Source: Lytechinus pictus
Lineage: Eukaryota
Direction of reading: 5' to 3'
Length of the DNA: 64,000 nt
NCBI RefSeq assembly: GCF_037042905.1
Contig: NC_087258.1
Coordinates: 806,001-870,000 of the forward strand
The notes under the pieces were generated by a model, which ran no database searches, had not been told where the DNA came from, and was given only the letters and a program-made list of their open reading frames with translations. The translations under genes were made by a program, and so were the position numbers. Position 1 is the stretch's first letter. Each line of letters opens with the position of its first letter. Of the stretch, positions 38,871 to 49,652 are shown one piece after another.

Positions 38871-39401
38871 AGAGAAAGAGGAAGTCCAAGTAAGTGCACA
38901 ATGGGCAAATTAGCATAACAATGGAATATGACGTAATAGTTAATTTGCATAACAATGGAGGGTATGAATGGCAAGATGACATCACACGATGAATATTCAT
39001 GAGTAGAACAAAAGAAGGGTATCGTGGATAAACAAAGGGAACAATGGGAGACCTCCTAGTCCAAGTAGGTGCACAATAGAGGTTTTAATGAATATGCATG
39101 AGCAGTCGAAAATCAAAGTAAGTGCACAATAGAGGGTCTCATGAATATGCATGAGCGGTCGAAAATCAAAGTAAGTGCACAATAGAGGGTCTAATGAATA
39201 TGCATGCGACAGGGTTGGTGACATGTCCAGGGTATGTTTCCTAGCAACAAGATAAACAAAAACCCAGCAACAAGGTAAACAAAATTGATTGGATGTATTT
39301 TTAACCCATTTCTATTGTTTGAAGGTTAAAATTAGAAACGGGGACGGATGAAACAATAAGAAAACTTGAATAGTAGCCTGAGAACGGAAAAACATAGCAA
39401 C
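38871..39401 (+). repeat. Left terminal inverted repeat (531 bp)
   Basis: Starts AGAGAAAGAGGAAGTCCAAG and is the reverse complement of 54635-55271. Contains about 2.6 copies of a 53-bp unit (GTGCAC at 39069, 39122, 39175). Confidence 0.95.
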
Positions 39402-39736
39402 AACTTAAAAATATGTAAAAGTTGCCCCTATTCTTACATTACTGGTACCTACATAGTCCAATAGATAAGAAAGTCTGGTTATGAACTGTATCCTTTCATG
39501 CTTGCAGCAAACAGTACTTCAAGAGAGGGGTCGATGATGTTGAGATGACTCTGTATTGACCAAAGAGATTATTTCCGCCCATCAATATTTTTGTATTCGG
39601 AGTTCACTCTGTATTGATCGAATAGATTAGTTCCCTCCATTCATACATGGGCGAAGGGAAATGACCGTAACCAATCTTCTCTTACATGTATAACATGTAT
39701 TTCAATCATTGCAATGTAAGTTGTTTGATATTTGTC

Positions 39737-39948
39737 AAGGGGGTCCAGTGCCTAGTAACAAGGGCTGTGTATTGACGATGGTTCAGTCGAGAAGCTGTTT
39801 GTTAGTTGCCAAGGGGGTCAACTGCCTAGTAACAGGGGCTATATATTGTCGAGGCATTACTCGAGATAGTCACATTCTTCAGGATAACTGTAGAGACAAG
39901 TGAGCTCCATCTATCGTATCAAGCCGTATCTACTTTTTGACACTTGCA
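39737..39948 (+). promoter_or_regulatory. Putative pPolB promoter and 5' non-coding exon
   Basis: Two 30-bp direct repeats (39737-39766, 39811-39840) directly followed by TATATATT (39840-39847). Donor GCA|GTAAGT at 39949 pairs with acceptor CTATTTCAG at 40184, 6 nt before ACC-ATG-G. Confidence 0.45.
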
Positions 39949-40190
39949 GTAAGTAGGAAATTTACTTTTCTATCTTAAATTACCGATTACTATTTGAAAC
40001 AAACTATTTAGAGTCGATTTATTATATGACACTGTTTTAAATATTCTATGCATAACATGATTTAACCCGAGAAGATGGAATTCTGTAAATGGATGTTACT
40101 TGTATCGATATGTTATTCATAAATGTTTAGGCCATGTCATCTGCATTTCTAAATTCTAAAACAAAATATATATGTCTATTTCAGAAGACC

Positions 40191-43100
40191 ATGGCTAGTC
40201 AGTGGACATCTCAGGATGAACATCAATATATTCAAGCTAGGCAAGTACTTGCCAGCTTGGAGGAGCGACGCAAACGACACCAGGCAAGGAGGGCCAATGA
40301 AAGGGCGGAATTGCTAGATGCAAGACGCGGAATTTCATCCGTTCGGTCCTCGCCTTCTTTGACCACGGAGGAGTATCCCGTTATCCCTGAAACTCCCGAT
40401 GACGAGGAGGAATATCCTGTCATTCCTGAAACCCCTTCTGAAATGGTAAGTTTATCATCTTTTAATATTTGAGTCAGTGTATATAGGAACAGAAAAAGAT
40501 AAAGCTTGAACAATAAACACAAGTGTTGATGTAACCAGTCTGACTTGTATGTTGTTATTTTTTCTTTACTTCTACGTTACAGATGGTGTCTGAAAGCCCT
40601 ACAAGGGATGAAGAGGAACGCATGGAATCCGAAATAGATCCCTCAGATTCTGAAATGGTACGTCCCTATCCTTGCTATTGTATACCCGTTTTTTTAAACT
40701 ATTTTGGGAAAAAAATATTTTAAAAATGTATGCAATAGATATGTAAGCTTTATCATTATAATCTAATAGCGTTTTATTCTTTTTTCATTTATACAATTTA
40801 GATTTTGCCAGATAGTAGTCGGGATCTGTTTGACTCTCAGAAAAGCAGCGCTCTCGATTCGAATACTCTCGAAAGTGAAAACAGCAAAGCCCCTGAATCG
40901 GATAACGTGGCCTCCGAAGAAGTAAGTAATTTCAATCTTTAAATATGACGTTACCTAATGAAGCAATGCTGGAGAATATCAAATGACTTAAAATAAGAGT
41001 ATCTAATATGCTTACTCTAATTCCACTTTCTTCTTTTTTTTGTGTGTGTATGCATATCCACAGGTAAACATGGAACATTTTTACGATGTTGTGGAGGAGC
41101 AAGAAAGAGATGCACCCCGCTTCGGAGGACGCGTGACGGATTTTAACATCGTCGTGAGGCCGTTGCATCGGCTTGTTGAGGAGATGGGCTCCCTCGAAGT
41201 TATAGGTAGATTATTTTCTAGCATTATTTCACGTCTAACCGAGGGTTTCTTGAACGGTGATCTTGTAGGTTTCATTCTGTCAGGTTCCAATTTACGTCAG
41301 GATGTAGGCATTCCTCTGACTCGATATGATCAACTATCAGTCGATCGAATTTTAGCTTTGTTGGAGCAAATTTTACAATCCAACGAAGATTTTAACATCT
41401 CGGAAGGATTCAAAATACGTTTAGTTCATATTCGTATGCCGCAAGGAGGTAAGGGATCGGAAAATATGATTCCCCTTGACAAATTCATTCGCAAAAAGGG
41501 TAGATTTATCCAAATTACAAACAAAGATGAGCTTTGCCTAGGTAGAGCACTGGTAGTAGCCATGGCACATGCTCATAAAGAGGAGGATCCTGCTAATTTT
41601 CATCAAATCACTCACCCTAAAAAATACACGACCCAATTTGATGCGGCAAAACAACTCTTTATAGACTCTAACGTACCGGAGGGTGTTTGTGGAATCCCAG
41701 AAATAGAAAAATTTCAAAATATCCTGACAGAGCGAGGGTACCAGATTGCCGTCTATGTCAATGGTGGAGCCCACGGCAGGATATATGCCGGACCACCCAA
41801 TAGGCATTTTCTTTCTTTATTCTATCACAACAATCACTTCGATGTCATCACTAAGATGCCAGCATTTCTTCGCAAATCATATTTCTGTAATACCTGTCTA
41901 AAGGGATACGATATGAAGGCCAAGCATAAGTGCAAAGATACATGCAGTGCCTGTAAGAGTGAGACAAATTGTGTATTGATTAAAAGAACAATGTGTGAAC
42001 GATGTGGGCGTGTGTTCAAAAGTCAAGAATGTTTCGACAACCATCTTAAACAGGTAAGTGGTAATAAGAGTGTATGTCGGTTATTCTTCAAATGTAAACA
42101 GTGCAATGTAATGTTAGATAGCACCCGCGGCAGTGACAAGACCCATGATTGTAGGTTCGGGTATTGTGAACGATGTCGTACTACAGTATCAAAGGAGGGT
42201 CATCAATGCTTTATGATTCCTCTGCCCAAGAAAAAGAAGAACAAAGCAAAAAATCAGGAAGAGAGGAAGAAAGGAGACGATACCCAAAAGTTTATTTTCT
42301 ACGACTTTGAATGTCGTCAAGATGACAAAGTCGATGAAAATGATCACGGTTCAGTCTTTAAACATGTACCCAATCTTTGTGTAGCAATAAGAGTGTGCGG
42401 GCAGTGTTTTGACAAACAAGATGCATGCCCTGATTGTGGGGTACGTGAACATGTTTTTAGGGGGAAAGACACGTTGGACAAGTTTGGGGAATGGTTATTT
42501 GGCATAGAGGAAGATCACAGGGGGGTCATTGCCATTGCTCACAATGCTCGATCCTACGATTCACAATTCATTCAGGAGTATTGTCTAAAGTCGGGGGTGG
42601 TACCTCAAGTCATCATGAGTGGTGCTAAAATTCTATCACTCACTTTAAATGATGTAAAATGTATAGACTCACTTAGTTTTCTTGCCATGCCATTGTCTTC
42701 TTTTCCTTCAACCTTTCAACTGAAGGAATTGAAAAAAGGGTTCTTTCCTCACTTTTTCAATACCCTCGAAAACCAAGATCATGACGGACCGACCTTGCCA
42801 CCTAAAAAATATTACGATCCAGATGGGATGTCAACAGAAAAACGCGACGAGTTTGATGTTTGGTATGCGCACCATCAAAACGACAATTTTAACCTTCAAA
42901 GAGAATTACTAGAGTATTGTCGTTCTGATGTCCAAATTCTGATGGAAGGTTGCATGGCTTTCAGACGTCTCTTTATGAGCGTCACGGATAACATCGACCC
43001 CTTCCATAACATAACGATTGCCTCAGCCTGCAATACTGTATTTCGGACGCAATTTTTGAAGCGAAATTCCATAGGTCTCATCCCTGTCCAAGGATACAGA

Positions 43101-44897
43101 CATAAAGATCGACACTCAATCATTGCCTTGAAATGGCTCGAATGGGTTAGTCATAACGAGGGAATTCAAATAGAGCATGCGCGTAACGGTGGTGAACATC
43201 GAATCGGCAACTACAAAGTGGATGGTTACGATTCAGCAACGCGGACTTGTTATGAATTTTTAGGGGATATTTGGCATGGGTGTCCACGCTGCTACAAAAG
43301 GCGTGATTTGCTTGTTCCTGGTTCCAGTACCACCGTTCAGGAGGTATACGACCAGACAATGTATAGAATAAATGCATTGAAGAAACAGGGATATCGCGTC
43401 ATCACGATGTGGGAGTGTGACTTTGCAAAATTAAGACGCGAAAACAAGACGCTACAGACGTTTTTGGAAAAACTACAGTTTCGGGATCCTCTCAATCCTC
43501 GGCATGCTTTTTACGGAGGGAGGACAAACGCGGTGAAATTGAGTCATAGAATTCAGGGTAATGAGAGAATCAAATATGTAGATGTTTGTAGTCTTTATCC
43601 TTGGGTTTGCAAGTACGGTAAATATCCCCTGGGTCATCCCGACATTATCACAAAGGATTTCGAGGATATTCAGCGCTATTTTGGATTGGTGAAATGTAAA
43701 GTCTACCCACCTCGACAACTATTTCACCCTGTTCTCCCATACAGGAATGAGGAGAATAAGCTTCTCTTTCCTTTGTGTCGCACATGCGCCAACGAAAAGC
43801 AAACTTCAAAATGTACGCATAGCGACGAGGAAAGGGCCCTTGAATCTACGTGGGTTACGGAGGAAGTAAAGAAGGCAATAGAATTGGGGTACAAGGTTGT
43901 AGAACTGTTCGAAGTGTGGCATTATCCTCACTTTGACCAATACAATCCTCGAACCCAGGAAGGAGGACTCTTCAGGGATTACATAGATCTGTTTTTGAAA
44001 GTCAAACAGGAATCAAGCGGATGGCCCTCCGAATGTCATTCCCATGACGACGAGGTGTCCGCCGATATACAAAAAAAGCGCGCAAATTATGTGAGACAAT
44101 ATCATGAAAGAGAAGGTGTGCTCTTAGACCCTTTAAAAATCAAAGCCAATAAAGGACTTAGGGCTGTGAGCAAGATTTGTCTTAACAGCTTTTGGGGCAA
44201 GTTTGGGCAGCGGAATAATCTTCCAAAGACAGTCTATACGGTGGAACCTGAAGAATTCTTCTCACTGGTGTCGGACCCCAAATTGATCATTAAATATGTC
44301 GACTTCCCTACTTCGTATATGGCGCACGTGCAATATGTTGAGGAGGATGACTTTTTAGAAGTCCTCCCCAACACAAATGTGGTAGTGGCTGCCTTCACCA
44401 CGTGTTGGGCTCGTCTGAAGCTCTATTCGTACCTCGAAGAGCTTCAGAAGAATGTGCTGTATTTTGATACAGATTCTATCATATACCTCAAGAATGATGA
44501 AGTAGAAGATGTCCCCACTGGGAATTTCTTGGGTGATATGACGGATGAATTAGAAAAAGATTTTGGGGTGGGTAGTTATATTACGGAACTTCAGGCCTTG
44601 GGACCAAAAAACTACAGCTACCAGGTTTTCTCAACCAAGCATGGAAAAGAAATGCCCGGAGCTTGCAAAGTACGTGGTATCACGCTAAATTATAGAAATG
44701 CAAAGCTGGTCAATTTCGACACACTCAACGAGCTCGTGCATGGTGAACGCACTCACACCACCGTTACAAATGCGCATAGAATCGCGAGGATGCGTACCCA
44801 CAATATTGTATCCCGCGTGGAAAATAAAATCCATCGTATGGTATATGATAAGAGGGTACGTCTATCCGATTTTAACACTGTTCCATATGGGTATTAA
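40191..44897 (+). CDS. polB: Protein-primed family B DNA polymerase (pPolB), spliced, about 1427 aa, with vOTU-like protease, Zn fingers, 3'-5' exonuclease and a Vsr-like insertion
   Basis: Motifs FYDFEC (ExoI), AHNARSYD (ExoII), YCRSDV (ExoIII), YVDVCSLYP (A), KICLNSFWGKFGQ (B), YFDTDS (C). Exons 40191-40445, 40583-40657, 40802-40921 and 41064-44897 are joined by phase-0 GT-AG introns. The identity is secure, while the upstream exons are predicted. Confidence 0.95.
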
Positions 44898-45732
44898 GAT
44901 ACATATGTTGTATTTCTACCATTGATACTCTTTACCTTCTAACATTCTATATTTGCATTGTATCTCACCTCCAAATTTTCCTATGTTATATTTAATTCAC
45001 GCGCTACAAAGAATACTTTATAAATCAAATATTTTTATGCCAAATTTTGTGTCATATTATTGCAAGCACTCGGTGCTACCTGATGATTGATGTAGTGTAT
45101 AAACGATAATATTTCAGTGTATGATAATTGCTCTTTGTTTACTTAGTTATGTAAAGGATTTCAGAATGGTGCAATATATATATATACTAAGAAAATTCTT
45201 GCCATTTAATTTGTTCGTACTTCTGCGAGTGTGTGTGTGTGTTTGCATGTTTAGAACGAGAGAGAGAGAGGGTTTTTCAATCGTATCCCTTATTCGCCTT
45301 CGGTTAGACGTGAACTATTGTAGGGAAAATAATCCACCACCCTCAATTTGAACGACGATGTATATGTATATTGTTATATGTAATCAAGATATATATTTTT
45401 TATATCCTGTGCTTATACATTATATATTTGACTTTTCAAAATGTCTGAAAATAAATACGAAAACAAATCACATTCATTGTTATCGATCGTCTCTTTTTAT
45501 TGTAATGTGTGCATAAAAAGGAGTGTGTATGACACGATAAGCGAGAGAGCATGAGGGAGGTCTTTTCGCCGATGTTTGATAAGCAATAAGTATGTTATAG
45601 GTAAATGCTATAAAACAAAAATAAAAAAAAATAAAAAGTACGAGATGTATAAAAGAACCGCAAAAAATCAGAGAGACTGAATGTACATGTATAAAGGAGA
45701 GTGATTCTGACAAGTTGGAGGCATTTGGTGGG

Positions 45733-46371
45733 ATGGACGTTCGCCTGAAACATCCATTTACAGCTCTCATAGCAGGACCGACGGGGTGCGGTAAAACTCA
45801 ATTTGTGAGGAAACTCCTCAAACATCATGAAAAATTGGTGGATAAACCTTTTGATAAAGTCATTTGGTGTTATGGGGAATATCAGGTGGGTTATGCTGAT
45901 ATGGCGAGGGATATGCCATTCATTGAATTTCAGGAAGGTATTCCCTCGGATTTGGAAGGGATATTTGACCGCAGGAACTCTAATCTAATCGTTCTGGATG
46001 ATTTAATGTCCCAGGCAAATCAGGATCAAAGGGTGTCGCACCTTTTCACTAAAGGTAGTCATCATCGCAACCTTTCCGTTATTTTAATAAGCCAGAACCT
46101 ATTTCATCAGGGAAAAGAAAGTAGAACCATCAGTCTCAATGCCCACTACATGATCTTGTTCAAAAATCCACGCGACTCTTCTCAGATTGTCCACTTGGCA
46201 AAACAAATTTACCCGCAAAATGGAAAATTTCTGCAAGAAGCCTATAAAGATGCAACGGGTCGACCTCATGGCTATCTCCTCGTAGACCTCAAACCAGACA
46301 CGGATGAAAAATTACGGTTAAGAAGTAATATTTTCCCTGGAGAAAGAAATGTGGTGTATGTCATGAAATAA
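45733..46371 (+). CDS. A32/FtsK-like DNA packaging ATPase
   Basis: Walker A GPTGCGKT, Walker B LIVLDD, and GSHHRNLSVILISQNLF. TATAAA boxes at 45648 and 45690. Confidence 0.95.
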   Translation: MDVRLKHPFTALIAGPTGCGKTQFVRKLLKHHEKLVDKPFDKVIWCYGEYQVGYADMARDMPFIEFQEGIPSDLEGIFDRRNSNLIVLDDLMSQANQDQRVSHLFTKGSHHRNLSVILISQNLFHQGKESRTISLNAHYMILFKNPRDSSQIVHLAKQIYPQNGKFLQEAYKDATGRPHGYLLVDLKPDTDEKLRLRSNIFPGERNVVYVMK

Positions 46372-46464
46372 CTGTGTTTGCCCTATAAAGAGGTTGGGCA
46401 AAATGGAATGGTCATCAGTTGACATATAAATACATTTGCGAAAGCAACAACAGACTCATTCGGC

Positions 46465-46785
46465 ATGTCTCGCCGTGTAAAGAGCAACATTCCATACCTG
46501 CGCGTCTTGGCTAGGGGAACCCCGGCACAAAGAAAAGGTGTACTGCAAGGTGCTAAAAAGGATTTGATTGAAACAATTTGTGAATGCGCACTTAATATCC
46601 TTCACGGCACTGTTCCTTTGTCTGTTGTGGAAAAAAATAAACTTCGTCAGCATAAGCACAAGTTGAGAAGCCTTTGTAATAAAAAGATCTCTCTTCAAAA
46701 AAAGAAAAAGAAGCTGGTAAACCAGAGAGGTGGATTTTTACCATTTTTGATTGCCCCAATCCTGGCTAAAATATTCAGATCGTAG
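46465..46785 (+). CDS. Small basic Polinton virion/core protein with an adenovirus pX-like C-terminus
   Basis: ICECALNILHGTVPL block, Lys run, then QRGG|FLPFLIAPILAKIF (protease-site-like motif plus amphipathic helix). Lies in the structural gene block. Confidence 0.8.
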   Translation: MSRRVKSNIPYLRVLARGTPAQRKGVLQGAKKDLIETICECALNILHGTVPLSVVEKNKLRQHKHKLRSLCNKKISLQKKKKKLVNQRGGFLPFLIAPILAKIFRS

Positions 46786-46805
46786 AAAAAAGGATAGCGA
46801 CCACC

Positions 46806-47594
46806 ATGCAGTACGCCAAAAAAATGGTGCTGGTACCCCACGAAACCGTTCAGCATGTTAACGCTTCGCACGAGCATGGAGTAGCTCCTACCTTTAAAGG
46901 TCTTGCCGGATTAGACGAGCAAATGCAGACTATTTTACGCAGGCAGGACATTCCAGAGGATGAAAGAGTGAAACTCTATCAGCAAGCCCTCATGGGGTAC
47001 ATCAACCTACATCACAAACTCAATGAACCGATAGCCCTACAGGTGGAGAATGTACCGGGGAATAATCTTCCTGCGATCACGTCTGCAAAGTCAAACGAAA
47101 AGGCAACGCTTCATACCGCTCCTTCCACCTCCCCCTGGATGCAGCGTGTCAAAGAGAGTGTCCCTAAAACACTGGTCCAGAAAGCAGGGCAAATCATGCA
47201 TCTCCTTCAATCTGCACCTGATCATCGCATAGCTATCAATGACAAGGGAGAAATTTTGTTGGATGGCAAGGCGCTAGAAGGAACGCACATTGTCGACCTA
47301 GTCAATGATATGTTGAGAAAGAGGAAGAGTTTTTCTCCAAAAGGATGGCAAGAATTTGCACGGGTGATGGCTACTCTGCATCCCCCGAGGGAGCTCGTGG
47401 GAAACCAAGATAGATGGAACTTCATGCAACGACAAATTTCTACCGAATCCTTACTTCCCCGAACTACAGAATTTCAAGATCACAAACCAGACAACTTGAA
47501 TACCGTGGAGGTGTTTGCTAGAGCGGATCACCTTCCTGCAACGAAAAGAGGTCGACCCAAGAGACAGTCCTCCCCAGACTGGATCCAGTATTGA
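46806..47594 (+). CDS. Conserved Polinton protein (PZ-like), function unknown
   Basis: Blocks AKKMVLVP, LDEQMQTIL...KLYQQAL and NDKGEI..DG...GTHIVDLV...PKGWQEF, recalled from animal Mavericks. Kozak-like CCACCATG. Confidence 0.75.
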   Translation: MQYAKKMVLVPHETVQHVNASHEHGVAPTFKGLAGLDEQMQTILRRQDIPEDERVKLYQQALMGYINLHHKLNEPIALQVENVPGNNLPAITSAKSNEKATLHTAPSTSPWMQRVKESVPKTLVQKAGQIMHLLQSAPDHRIAINDKGEILLDGKALEGTHIVDLVNDMLRKRKSFSPKGWQEFARVMATLHPPRELVGNQDRWNFMQRQISTESLLPRTTEFQDHKPDNLNTVEVFARADHLPATKRGRPKRQSSPDWIQY

Positions 47595-47748
47595 TAAACA
47601 TCGGTATTCAACTTTCTTATTCATTTCATGACACTTCTGTTCTCGAGCAACATGGGATGTTGGCCTCCGTCACTGAGGCTACAGTTGGAACGTGTCCGAT
47701 GTGCCTTGGCTTGCTGCAAAGGAAACATCAATATACACGAATCATCCG

Positions 47749-48819
47749 ATGGAGGACATCCTAAAAAAGGTGTATTACGATCCGGAAAACCCTGCCGGTT
47801 TTGGTGGTGTAGATGCTGTTTACCACGAGCTAAGGAAACAAAACAAAAATATAAAGAGGTCGGACATAAAGGAATGGTTGACAGAACAATCGACTTACAC
47901 ACTTCACAAACCCCTACGGAGAAGGTTTAAACGAAACAGAGTCATCGTCTATGGCATAGATCATCAGTGGCAAGTGGACCTGGTTGATATGCAGGCTCTC
48001 TCGCGACAAAATAAAGGATTCAAATATCTCCTGACCTGTATTGACATATTCTCCAAATATGCTTGGGTTTTACCCCTCAAAGACAAGAAAGCGGCGACCC
48101 TTGTTGAGGGCTTTCAGAAAATCTTGAAAGAAGGCCGAAAGCCATACAAACTACAATCTGATAAAGGAGGGGAATTTATCAACAAACCCTTTCAGCGCAT
48201 GTTGAAAGAAGAAGACATCGTATTCTTTACTACTCAGAACGAAACAAAAGCTAGCGTAGTAGAAAGATTCAACCGAACCCTCAAAGAGAAGATGTTCAAG
48301 TACTTCACCAGTCACAACACACGCAAATACACGAATGTACTGCAAAAGTTTGTTTCGGCTTACAATCGTCGCAAGCACTCGAGTATCGGCCGCCCACCCT
48401 CGGAGGTTAAGGCAACGAATGAGAAGGATGTATGGATGACGTTGTACGCTGACCTACCTAAAAAGGGTTCCAAGGAGGCAAAGTTTCGAATGGGAGATCA
48501 CGTGAGGCTTTCCATAGCAACGCAGGTTTTCAGGAAAGGGTATCTTCCCAAGTGGACGGAAGAGATATTCTCCATCAGCCGACTTATTGGAAGGACACCC
48601 ATCGTCTACAAAGTCAAGGACGCCGGTGGAGAAGAAATTGATGGCACCTTCTACGAACAGGAATTACAAAAAGTCGTCCCTCCGCGAGATGATTTTTACA
48701 AAATAGAAAAAATTCTGCATACTAGGAAGCGAGGAGGTGTGAAAGAATATTTCGTCAAATGGTGGGGCTATCCCGACAAGTTCAACAGTTACGTTACCGA
48801 CCTTAAAACTATTCCATAA
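47749..48819 (+). CDS. int: Retroviral-like (rve) DDE integrase with C-terminal chromodomain
   Basis: WQVDLVD, LQSDKGGEF and VVERFNRTLK form the catalytic triad. YKIEKIL...EYFVKWWGYPDKFNSYV is the chromodomain. Consistent with the 6-bp TSD. Confidence 0.96.
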   Translation: MEDILKKVYYDPENPAGFGGVDAVYHELRKQNKNIKRSDIKEWLTEQSTYTLHKPLRRRFKRNRVIVYGIDHQWQVDLVDMQALSRQNKGFKYLLTCIDIFSKYAWVLPLKDKKAATLVEGFQKILKEGRKPYKLQSDKGGEFINKPFQRMLKEEDIVFFTTQNETKASVVERFNRTLKEKMFKYFTSHNTRKYTNVLQKFVSAYNRRKHSSIGRPPSEVKATNEKDVWMTLYADLPKKGSKEAKFRMGDHVRLSIATQVFRKGYLPKWTEEIFSISRLIGRTPIVYKVKDAGGEEIDGTFYEQELQKVVPPRDDFYKIEKILHTRKRGGVKEYFVKWWGYPDKFNSYVTDLKTIP

Positions 48820-48859
48820 AAGAGATCAACCGAAGGCAACGGGTGTTATTTCACTCACC

Positions 48860-49624
48860 ATGGCTAAGACAACAGCATCCTCGTTTTATGTGACTCTGCC
48901 TAGCAACAGTTCACTCGATGTATTCCCTAGGAATACCCTCTCTTCGTTCAAAGTGAGACTACCTCATACCGTCATACTCGAGGGAATCTGGGAAATGGCG
49001 ATGGTAGAGCTGCACTACCCGAACAGATGGTTTAATTATCATTCTTCCCACTTGAACTCCGGAATTCTATACTCAGGCGATGGTGGAATAAGCTGGGACG
49101 AACATCGCATCCCAAATGGTTACTATGACAACATCAAAGAGCTTCTGATCCTAATTGTCCCGACAGATTTACGTCGTACCATTGAGTTTACATTCAACGA
49201 TTATTCTAGCAAAGTGACCTTTGTCACGCGAGATCCCTTTTACAGGGTAAAAATGACGGGAGGGTTGGCTACCATGTTGGGTTTTGAGGATGGGTCTTCC
49301 ATGGCGGGGCCATTAGAAGCTCCATTACCAGTCGATATGATGTTGTTTCATGGATTATATGTGTATACAGACCTCATTGAACATCAGCTTGTGGGCGATA
49401 CAAGGGCCCCTCTCTTACGAGTTGTGACAGTAAAGGACAGACATGGCAAAGACGTAACTGTCAATTTCGAGGCCCCGCACTATCTACCTATGAACCAGAA
49501 GCTCTTCAATACGATCGAAGTCCATATAAAGGATGACATGGGTCGTAGTATTCCATTCCAGCGTGGGAGAGTCGTTGTTAAACTACATCTGAGGAAGAGA
49601 TCGCCTTCTTTGATTCACGGATAA
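48860..49624 (+). CDS. Minor capsid (penton, single jelly-roll) protein
   Basis: FYVTLPSNSS...NTLSSFKVRLP at the N-terminus and YVYTDLIE.QLVGD..APLLR...IPF..G.V.VKLHLRK at the C-terminus, typical of Polinton pentons. Confidence 0.88.
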   Translation: MAKTTASSFYVTLPSNSSLDVFPRNTLSSFKVRLPHTVILEGIWEMAMVELHYPNRWFNYHSSHLNSGILYSGDGGISWDEHRIPNGYYDNIKELLILIVPTDLRRTIEFTFNDYSSKVTFVTRDPFYRVKMTGGLATMLGFEDGSSMAGPLEAPLPVDMMLFHGLYVYTDLIEHQLVGDTRAPLLRVVTVKDRHGKDVTVNFEAPHYLPMNQKLFNTIEVHIKDDMGRSIPFQRGRVVVKLHLRKRSPSLIHG

Positions 49625-49652
49625 GAGTGTATTTTTACAAGAAAAATTAAAC

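Noticed and set aside
38997-39224. ORFs in the TIRs (also 54812-55003 and 54867-55145)
   Set aside because: They are translations of the 53-bp tandem repeat pointing outward. The unit is not a multiple of 3.
39219-39239. p53-like site TGACATGTCCAGGGTATGTTT in the TIR
   Set aside because: The second half-site lacks the invariant C, so it is too weak to claim.
41040-41063. Listed pPolB start MCVYAYPQ
   Set aside because: It is a TTG inside the polypyrimidine tract and acceptor of intron 3.
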